64,000 nucleotides of DNA, from the NCBI RefSeq assembly GCF_001194135.2, contig NC_068992.1:53116112-53180111 (forward strand), in the 5' to 3' direction. Source of the DNA: Octopus bimaculoides. Lineage: Eukaryota. The stretch's first letter is position 1; every line of letters starts with the position of its first letter. Under the pieces are notes generated by a model. That model was given only the letters and a program-made list of their open reading frames with translations, was not told where the DNA came from and did no database searches. Of this stretch, positions 13,860 through 25,364 are shown in pieces. A program made the translations under genes and the position numbers.

Positions 13860-14241
13860 TTCAAGCGACAGACAGTCGTTGATTTTGCAAAAGCTAAAAC
13901 GCTAATTCTAAAATCTCTCTAAGAGCCGATCGTAAAAATTGTACTAGCAACTAACGTTCATAGTTACTCTAAAACAGCTGTACCGTTCGGACGGATTTTA
14001 GTACGATTTTTGTAACACCAAGAGAAGATCTCTTCTAACTGGTGAGGGATTCACAGCTGCATTCGATTTTCCTGTGAGCAGTGTAACGAACACCTACCAC
14101 TTTCTATATATATAGNNNNNNNNNNTATATATTATATATATATAAATTCATATAAATAACGATAAAATTGTTATTTAAAAATACCAATCTTATCAGGTGG
14201 CCGGCATGGGAATAAAAACCTCAGAAGTAATAACTATTACA

Positions 14242-14549
14242 AAAATTACAATTTAGGGTATCTAAGAGAAACCACCGTGCTTGAAATAGCAGTCAAACTT
14301 TGACTAAAAAAACCCATTAAATGTTCATACAGCACCAGGAGAAAAGACAGAGACAAAATAAACAAGCAAAACATAAGAACTACCTCATAAAGTCAAACCA
14401 TGGAATTATCCGGTAATTTTTTGCTAGTTATTTTGTCTTTTTGTCATTTCTACTGGTGCTGTATGAACATTTAATGTGGTTTTAGAGTCAAAGTTTTACT
14501 GCTATTTCAAGCATGGTGGTATCTCTTAGATACCCTAAATTATAATTTA
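14242..14549. repeat. long imperfect inverted repeat (foldback), arms about 14242-14371 and 14417-14549
   Basis: Arm 1 ATTTAGGGTATCTAAGAGAAACCACCGTGCTTGAAATAGCAG...CATTAAATGTTCATACAGCACCAG is the reverse complement of arm 2 CTGGTGCTGTATGAACATTTAATG...CTGCTATTTCAAGCATGGTGGTATCTCTTAGATACCCTAAAT. Confidence 0.92.
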
Positions 14550-14566
14550 TATATATATATATATAT

Positions 14567-14597
<31 letters not shown>

Positions 14598-14599
14598 TT

Positions 14600-14631
<32 letters not shown>

Positions 14632-15405
14632 AATAGAGAGAGATAGTTACGCACATACATAACAATACATCCACGCACATATATATTTATATATATATAT
14701 ATATGCTTTTCTGTGTCGGTATGTGTTTGTACACACAAACATACACAATATATACACACGCCTAGTTTGAGCATTCCAATGTATCTACTATTCTTGGTAC
14801 AAATATGAAATAATAATATGAGTATGAAGATCTTAATCTTAGTTTGGGTAAGGACGAATATCCTCTCAGGATACAATATAACTACCCCATAAAGTCAAAC
14901 CATGACAACCGATCAAACATTTCCTTCCTCCTACTCTGGAAGTAACAGCATTTTCTAAGACACATTAAAGCAGTTGACCTCATTTCATCTCTTTCAGGGA
15001 AGACTTTCCCACGGAAAACCCTGTCACACATCAGAAGAATTACACCGAGGAGCCAACGTGAGCAGACAGGTTTATCTGGTAGATTAGTTTGCGAGAAATA
15101 GTAGCCAAGTGTCCATATAATCTAGCTCTGTGGACTTAAAGTGTAAGGATTCATATATATTCATGTAAATAGAGTGTGATTACGTAAAGAATCACGTGGT
15201 AGACTCAACGTAATCAACAACTAAACAGGTATCAATATACCGTTCGATAAATCAACACCGCCGTAATCATTACAATGATCACCAATGCATATGTTCCTTT
15301 TTTACTAAGGTTATTACTTTAAGGCGCAGACATAGCTGTGTTGTAAGACACTTTCGAGCCACATGGCTCTGGGTTCAGTCCCATTGCGTATTTCAGACGC
15401 ATAGT

Positions 15406-15447
<42 letters not shown>

Positions 15448-16095
15448 CATAAATATATAGGGATTAGCAGTAGCCTGCTTCTCCAACATACTGAGAATTC
15501 AGAAATAGCAGTCAAAGAACTACTGATTCCAAAACTACAATTTTTTCTATAATGGATAGCGATATCTATGGTACACACAGAACAAAAAACAGAAGAGAAG
15601 AGTANNNNNNNNNNNNNNNNNNNNNNNNNNNNNNNNNNNNNNNNNNNNNNNNNNNNNNNNNNNNNNNNNNNNNNNNNNNNNNNNNNNNNNNNNNNNNNNN
15701 NNNNNNNNNNNNNNNNNNNNNNNNNNNNNNNNNNNNNNNNNNNNNNNNNNNNNNNNNNNNNNNNNNNNNNNNNNNNNNNNNNNNNNNNNNNNNNNNNNNN
15801 NNNNNNNNNNNNNNNNNNNNNNNNNNNNNNNNNNNNNNNNNNNNNNNNNNNNNNNNNNNNNNNNNNNNNNNNNNNNNNNNNNNNNNNNNNNNNNNNNNNN
15901 NNNNNNNNNNNNNNNNNNNNNNNNNNNNNNNNNNNNNNNNNNNNNNNNNNNNNNNNNNNNNNNNNNNNNNNNNNNNNNNNNNNNNNNNNNNNNNNNNNNN
16001 NNNNNNNNNNNNNNNNNNNNNNNNNNNNNNNNNNNNNNNNNNNNNNNNNNNNNNNNNNNNNNNNNNNNNNNNNNNNNNNNNNNNNNNNNNNNNNN

Positions 16096-16132
<37 letters not shown>

Positions 16133-16969
16133 GTTGTGTGTGTGTATACCCGCACATAGACATATACTGTATGCGTGTATTCACATTCACATGCACACGC
16201 GCACACACATATATCAGTATATGAATACGTGTCTGAAATATGTATGTGGGAACATATAAGTGTGTGCTGATTTGTATAAATATACGCATAAAAATATATG
16301 TGAATAGATATATGGTGAGAGGACTGTTTATATAAATACATTAAACAGCCGCCAGACACCCTGGCTCAGTCATGTGCAGCGGACTAAAGACTGTTCAACT
16401 CTAATAAGACCATCTTTTGTTTATGATTGTATGTAACGACATCCCCTTAAACAGTGTTAGCATGTGTATGTCTGTCCACGAGGCGACGACGGTATGGGTA
16501 CGTGTGTCTATGTATCTGCTCATGTATGCACACTAGCTTCACGCCCTATAGAACTGGCAGCACATAACATTTCGCTTATATGAAACTGAAGCATGGTTTC
16601 GCGATTCCTTCATTGAATCGTTACCAACGAATTTAGATTACGAATACTGCAGGAAAGTGTAAGGTTAGCCAATATTCTAATTTTAAGTTTTTTATTGTTA
16701 AACTCTTGTTCATATAATATCCCCATTGTACTTTCCCTAATGGAAGTGCTACATTTATTTTGCAATTTACTAAACACATTCCCCTCCAAGTCCGTTTTGC
16801 GTCATACAGAGTAAATTGTCGCTATTTTATAGCATGGTTATCACCAGTGACTCATGGAGTAGAGGAAAGTTCTATTTTCATTCTGGACCGAGGTAATAGG
16901 TGGTGATAGACACGTTAAAAGGGGCTTAAAAGTCCATACGTCCATTTAAGGGTTTTTGTTTAATCATAT

Positions 16970-18340
16970 CTTCTTCCACAGCTTATGTTGCAGATTATGT
17001 CAAGGGTCTTATTTGAGTTTCCCGTGATTCAATTGAAACCACCTAAGAAATTCAAGGAAACGTACTCACATAATTTCTTAATATTCGAATAATATAGTCT
17101 GCACTACTATTTTGTGAAACTCCATAAAAAAACATATCCACTAGGAGTATGCAAAGAATTACATAATTGAATGTATTGAGCTAATAATGTTAGTGCATAT
17201 ATAGCATTGTGGGTTTACAATATTATCGAAAGTTATACATCAGTGGGAACACGTTGCACACTAAATCTAAATCTACATTTTGTGATATAATTAGGTGAGA
17301 TCAGTGCATTTAGTCGGTTGCTTCCCCATGTAGGGGAAAATGAACTCGCTAGGACGTTCTTCTGATAATATAGTTGGAAACACGTCTCTTTAAAAGTAAA
17401 CTACGGACATTCCTGGGTTCAATACGACCAATTCAATGAAACATATTCAATTGAGTTGTCAATGTTAAAATTGATTCTTCATATTCGAGGAACTGCTGAA
17501 AAGTTCATGGCTTCAAGGTTATTGCGAAAGGCCTGGTTAGAGGCCCAACTTTCCGAGTTCTTTTCCAGGGATTAGAAAAACTAAAGGACCTCTGCAATAA
17601 GTGAGTGAACCTGGGAGGTGAGTATGTTGAATAAAATCATAATTAATTGAACCTCCTGTATATTCTTTTATTCCATGCCAGGAACAATTATCCATAAGTG
17701 TAATGAAGCCCCAATCTCATTGTGGGCTATCCCATCGGCCATAATGTGTGAAGCTTTCTGGATGAACCAAACAATTGTTAAACTTGGAAATATATCAGAT
17801 AAATCTATCTCTTTAAACTACAATATAACACAATGGGGAATGAAGATTTTTATGTGTACAATGAAGAAAATGATGACAACGTAAGAACCATTAAAACACA
17901 TTTGGTAATCTGATATTCTTTCGACAAAGATGTTATTGATTTTCTTATGTCTATAAACAAATTACATATATATGCAGAGAAAGGACACAAGGATATTATA
18001 ATATTAAAAATCTCAAAATGTGTTAGATTCAACATATTAGTAGTGATATGGTTACGATTGTTTAAAGAGCTGCTAGCATAGTGCAATATCCTGTATTTAA
18101 ATTACTGCTCAGCTTCGGTGAGAACAAAATATTTATTCGATTCATATTTTAAAAAAATTAAATTCATGTTTATTCATGTCCGAACCTAATAATCTGTATT
18201 CCTGGCATTATTAAATTGTAAATATTCTTGAATTATTTTTATGAAATTGACAAATTTCATTCTCCAACAAAATTTTGTTTAAGTGTGAACCATTTCTAAA
18301 TGGTTGAAAATTTTATCCTTTCCTGGCTTAATTTTGTCTT
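16970..18340 (-). mobile_element. highly decayed Penelope-like (RT + GIY-YIG) retroelement relic
   Basis: Colinear degenerate motifs on the minus strand across frameshifts: KPGKG-like (~18320; cf. KPDKG), LMVLTLSSFSSLYT (17850-17895; cf. SxDVxSLYT), DGIA (~17735; cf. DGVAMG) and FPYMGK (~17325; cf. LPYxG). Confidence 0.45.
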
Positions 18341-19896
18341 AATTTTACGACTTTGAAGAGACGGTAAACGGTCTGGGGGAATGATGAAATATAACATATT
18401 GGCATATTTCCGTTTTGGTATGTGTCAGTGGATGTATGAGGTTACCTACACTAATCTCTGCAGTCTCGCTGTGAATCACTTATTGCAGACAAGGAGTGAT
18501 CACGTCTCTGACATAATGTTATAATATGGGCACTAAAGCCTTGCCTGTTTTAAGCTCTATCTCATTCATTTTTCCCCAGGATATATTTTTTTTCCATTAA
18601 TCTGTTCGTGGAAAATCTTGATTAGTTCACAAACATAACATTCTGGAAGAGATGAAGGATTTCCGTTATGCTGTTTAAGGAATTGCTTTTCTGACAGTAA
18701 TGGATTTTCTTCAATATTTGAAGCTTTCAGGAGAAATCCTACTATAGATTTAAGGCAATTTCAGATCCATTCCAATGGACTTTCGATAAACAATTGTTCC
18801 GCCACATGTATAGAAATACCTTGAGAACTAATTTCTAGTATGCTTCCTGTTATCTCTTCAACACAAATACTTTTTCGTTTCCCCAATATTTTTTGAACTG
18901 ACTGATATGTTTATTTCATGATTTCCGTGGATTATTCTATGTGTTATGGTTAAGTGAATACTTCACTTGAAGCTGTTTGTCTTGACGGCTCTGAAACTAT
19001 AAATTTCATTATAAAATGAAAGATGTTGTTTCTTCTTAAAAGATGACAAATGTTGACTTCCTTTAGTAGGAACCATTAAAACTAAAATTGATACAGGCCT
19101 TGCAATATCTCATACCATAAAATAGATTTCTATAAAATACACTGTATTCCAAAAGCGGATTGCAGATAAATGTTACGAAAATGTGAATGTAAAAGAAAAA
19201 AGCTGAATGTAGGAAGAAATCATCAAACGAATAAATATTTTTCCATATGATTAGGTCTGAAAATATGATGGAGGGGTTCAGTGATCACAAAACCTCAGTA
19301 CTAGATTGGAACTTTATCTTACCAACCACGTAAAGATAAACTGCAAAGCTGACTGCAACAATATTCGATCTGTGCATGTAAAGAGTCGGAAGAAAAATTC
19401 TTACGCTTTTCGTTCGATAAGCCAACGTTTCCAATGAGTATTGGCTGCGGAGCCATTAGAGCGCCTTATTAAGAACCCTAGTCCATAGTACATGTATAGC
19501 TATCAAAACACCACTTCTACAACTGCAACATATATATACACCAAAACAGGCATAACACCAGCAGCAATTAGTCAAAGTTTCAAGTGCAAAACATCACCAT
19601 TACACCGTCGCCTTATCAGATCAGAATCGACATATTCAATCATGTATATTTCCCTTCACAGAGACAACGCAAGATCAAACAATGTTGAAACAATTTCACT
19701 GACAACAAAATAATGAGTTCATTTTCTTACCTGTGTAGAATTTTAATTAAACATTTAATAAGATTTGATTCTCTTTATGTTTACATATTTTAGCCATATT
19801 TTTTCAAGAATACATTGTTATATTTATCTAAAAAAATAATTTTACTTCTCTTTGTATAAATATCTAATTATTTCTGATTTGATTTCCTCTATTCCC

Positions 19897-20270
<374 letters not shown>

Positions 20271-22850
20271 ATACACATAAACACACGCGCACACACATAT
20301 GTGTGTGTATGTGTGTAGGTGTATCCATAGATACATATATACATGCATACAAATATATATATACGTGCTGTTTTTGTCTTTTGTTATTAATCAGTGATTA
20401 TTATTTGTGATTAGACAAAACACATATCTTTGAACAATGCAAAACCTATTTTTAAAGAGTATGCTGGAAACACAATATGCTTATTTGAAACTATATTACG
20501 AATACATGAAATATATTGTATGTGAAAGGGTAACTCGACTCTCCATTAAACATGGTATATTGCTGTTGTATTTCGAAAGGTTCTAATAAGTGTTTTTCGA
20601 ACAGGTATAGTTTGAGATTCCACCGTTGATCATCCGAAATTATTTTAGGGATACCTGGAGGCATTTTCGTCTAAGCTGTATGGTTTGATTTGAATTATCT
20701 CTCGCCACTGTTTCAAAACTCTCAAGCAACGTCAGTCGATTCAAAACTTAATATCTTTCACTGATACAACACAAATACACACACAGATGCGTGCACATAC
20801 AAGCACATGTGTATGCATACATAGATATATTCATACGCTGCTTTGCACACTATTCGCACTAGCATAGACACACATACACACGTATGTGTATGTATATGTG
20901 TGTGTGTTTATGCATGTAAATATGTATATAATTAGTTAGCATGAAAATAATTGTCTAATTAAGATCGCCACCAACTACTTCAACTTGTCTTCTGACAAAG
21001 AATAGGCTATTCATCTGTTCAATCTTCTGAGGTATTAATTTTTTATTTCTTGAAATTGTTATTCAAACATCGTCGCTAATATTTTCCATTAAGTTTTTAT
21101 GTCGATTCCCCAACCACCATGATAATTTTAATTGCAATAACCACTTTTGGAAACTTACCGTCTACCCCTATTATCTTACCGATGCACAAGCTATTTTACT
21201 TAACTGAATTTCTGAAAGACAACGTTTCATTTCCTTTTTTACTGAAAAGAGTTACCCATTTTTTTCACACTACATCGTCCGAGAGCACATCTTTGGGTTA
21301 ACGATAACCAAGGTGGTTTTCGTTTCAATTGCACCGTACGTTATTTTGTTCAAAATATTTTTTGCCTAATGTCCCGGATCTGATAAATCATCGGGGATTT
21401 ACTTTAGTTGATGAACATTCTACTGAGCTGTACAATACCTGTTCTTTGATCCAGATTTAATCCATCATACGGTTCAACTACACTGCGTAAAGGGCCGTGA
21501 GTATCTTTTGTGAAATCCACCCGATTACTAATTTGTGTCACGTCTCATAAACTAGTATTTCTCTGGCTCTTACTGGGATGAAGTTTTGATTGATCTATCT
21601 CTTTAGGCTTCATGAATCCCAATTAGAAATTATAGTATATCTAATTGATCTCACCTCACAAATAACTGATTGGATATGCTAGATACTTTTGTTAATCTGG
21701 ATAAGTCCAAATCTGAAATTCTTCCATGTTGGGTAATATATGGATTTCCAATTAAGCCTACTAGTGAATGGCAATGACAATTACAATATGAGTCCATGTT
21801 TCTGCTTGCTGTGTCTTAATGTAATAACAAGCAATCTTAAGTTATTATCTGTCATTTTGGAAGCTCCTTGCTTATGCCTTGATTAGCTCCAAACTGAATA
21901 TATTGAAGCCTTTGTTGGTATCAGTTGCTTTACATCAATAAATTACAGATTCAGATTGTAACATTCTGTCTTAAAGTCAAAATGCTCAGTTATGCAAACG
22001 CAAATGAATTGCTATACAGAACGTCATCTTCTGGTTATCGATAATAAAGAACTATTCAAAAATTTGTTAATGATTTATAAATGTCGGTATTACACTATAT
22101 TGGTGAGTATCTCACGGATGCTTCATATTTTATACTTGACCAAGCATCACATACGCTATAAAGCCATTTCATAACTACAGCTGTATTGCCAAAGATTTAT
22201 ATTCCTTCAACCAAACATATCCGAAATATATTAATATAACTTCCTAGTTATCTAACTTGCTTATTTAAGCCGAATTAAGTATTCAAGACGCATCATGTGA
22301 ACCTTTTATTAAGCTCTTTCTGTATTGCAACACTGTGCCAAGTGCCATTATCATCAATACAAGAACTATAATTCATTTAGTTATGTATCAATCTATATCT
22401 CTCTCTATATCTTCCTGCCTGCCTACCTGTTGATCTATTTATTTCTATTTCCTTATCTCTCAGTTACTAAACACGTGCATGCACACGCATACATACACAT
22501 ACACACATATACGCAGGCAATCATAGCATACGCAAACACACACACATACACACACACAATCATATATGTAGTTGTATATACATACACATTCCAAACACAC
22601 GCATTTATAGATAGTAAAACATAAATTGAGTTTGATGATCAATTCTTTCCAACATACACGCGTCTCTTCCTCAGCTGCTTGTTACCACAACTTAAATCTA
22701 ACATCTACCTAAATACTGTTTCTATAATTCGCCATATAATTTACTATCACCACAAAGGCATCAAAGTCTCGATTTGCTATATGACTCATTCCTTATTTCC
22801 ATAGCCATGATCTGAAATCTTAAATTATTTCTTACGTTTAAAATATTATC

Positions 22851-22918
<68 letters not shown>

Positions 22919-23084
22919 CATCTTTCAGTATTTTACTGTTATATGTTTTTAATTTCCATACACTTTCTATCTCCCTCTTATCTCTCTCCCTCTCTATATC
23001 TCTCTCCCTCTCTATATCTCTCTCCCTCTCTATATCTCTCTTTATAAATGTATGAATGTTTGTGCATGCGGTCACATCTAAATA

Positions 23085-23220
23085 TTTGTGTCATTGTTTG
23101 TCCCCCTACCATCGCTTGACAACCTATGCTGGTGTGTTTAGGTACTCGTAACCTAGCGGTTCAGCAAATGGCACGATGGAATAAGTTATATGCTAACAAA
23201 GAGTAAGTTCTGGGTTCGAA
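23085..23220 (+). mobile_element. SINE family B 3' module (partial)
   Basis: TGTTTGTCCCCCTACCATCGCTTGACAACC...GCTGGTGTGTTTA...TAGCGGTTCAGCAAA matches 51198-51368. Confidence 0.75.
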
Positions 23221-23934
23221 ATACACATCCAGTACGATTACAAATCTTTTCAAGTTTTCATTATGTCTCTTGTGAACTTATAAGGAAGCTTGAATGTTTT
23301 AACAGCACACAATACATGTTTGTAGAACTTGCCGTAATATGATGTAGAAAGGTGAAAAAACTGCGTATGTGATATGCGTAGTCTTGCGGCTATGAGAGAG
23401 TCTGAGCCGATGGACAGAGAGTATATATGCCTGACGAAGAATATGACAAATATAATTGCGTTTGCATAGCAGTTTGCTATAAACATGTATGTGTGTGTGT
23501 GTGTGTGTATACATACATGGTTGTGTGGGGGAGGGGTGGGTGTAAGGTGTGTGAAACGAATATACGTATGCATAAAGAGATAGGGCGAGTGAGTATAAGG
23601 TAAACACGGACACTGAGAGCAAGCACCAACGTAGAGACAGATCAATGTTTGGAAGTATTAACGTACAGAGATATTTCAGGCAATTACTGTGGCTTCATTA
23701 ATCATACACTGACATATGAATAGATGTTAACATTTGGAATTACACGGACACGTACAGTCAAACGTGTATAGAAGTAAACATTAATAGCACAAACATAAGG
23801 ACTAATATATGTATGAATATAAGCCTGCAGAGACATATGTATACGTATATATTCGTATATACATATAGATAGATACAAACAAATATACATACATACACAT
23901 ATCCATACATACAGGCATGCAATATAAATATCTA

Positions 23935-23967
<33 letters not shown>

Positions 23968-25317
23968 CTTTCTCACTCTTTCTATCTCACTATATATATA
24001 TATATATAATATATTATAAGGTTTTTAAACTTTTAAATTTTCATATTCAAAAGAGACAGAGACTTCAAATTCGATATATCGATTTATTCACCACTCTATA
24101 TTAACATATATGGATAGGTATACGGGTAAAGTGTATGTATGCATATGTATACGGGTAATATAGTATAGTAAAGAGAAATAAACAAAATAATTAATTAATC
24201 TAGTGGAAATCCACAGGAGAGCAATAAAAATAGAAAATTAAGGAGTTATCTCCCCTATAATAACAAAGACGAAAACTAACGAGATCCTAAAGATTTAATA
24301 ATAGTTATGTATGTGTTTTTTCGTGTTTTGTTCGAAAGGTAACCACTCCTGAAGAAGTGCCAAATGTCTAAATCCAATGGACCAGTCATTGGATAAGTTT
24401 GGCACAGAAATGTTAACATAGCNNNNNNNNNNNNNNNNNNNNNNNNNNNNNNNNNNNNNNNNNNNNNNNNNNNNNNNNNNNNNNNNNNNNNNNNNNNNNN
24501 NNNNNNNNNNNNNNNNNNNNNNNNNNNNNNNNNNNNNNNNNNNNNNNNNNNNNNNNNNNNNNNNNNNNNNNNNNNNNNNNNNNNNNNNNNNNNNNNNNNN
24601 NNNNNNNNNNNNNNNNNNNNNNNNNNNNNNNNNNNNNNNNNNNNNNNNNNNNNNNNNNNNNNNNNNNNNNNNNNNNNNNNNNNNNNNNNNNNNNNNNNNN
24701 NNNNNNNNNNNNNNNNNNNNNNNNNNNNNNNNNNNNNNNNNNNNNNNNNNNNNNNNNNNNNNNNNNNNNNNNNNNNNNNNNNNNNNNNNNNNNNNNNNNN
24801 NNNNNNNNNNNNNNNNNNNNNNNNNNNNNNNNNNNNNNNNNNNNNNNNNNNNNNNNNNNNNNNNNNNNNNNNNNNNNNNNNNNNNNNNNNNNNNNNNNNN
24901 NNNNNNNNNNNNNNNNTATATATATATATATATATATATGTACATACATATCATACATTATAAATACATACATATATACATGCATCCATACATACACACT
25001 TAGACAGGTAGACAGAGAATATTTACAAGTCTCTACTTCAGAAAGCGAGCTTGTCTGAACGTAAGTTAAAAACTCTCCTCAACTGTACACTTATTGTTAA
25101 TGGGAAGTGAAGCTGTTGATGGAATCTCGTATCAAAGTCTTGGTAATACTATCCTGTCAGCGATGTTGAGTGGAGTCATCACAGATGGTCATTACAAGTT
25201 CTAATCAAGCCAGTCTCACTGATGTAAGCTGAGTGCCATTATCTCAACACCAAAATTATCTTGCCACAAACGCAACACATCATACATACACACACACGCA
25301 CACACACACGTATATAT

Positions 25318-25364
<47 letters not shown>

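Noticed and set aside
16994-17095. Frame IMSRVLFEFPVIQLKPPKK resembling a dynein heavy-chain C-terminal motif
   Set aside because: Too short, ends in a stop, has no donor, and overlaps the antisense of the putative Penelope relic.
20960-22300. Complex-looking sequence that might be a decayed coding element
   Set aside because: No recognisable motif found in the frames I translated by eye, so it cannot be classified.
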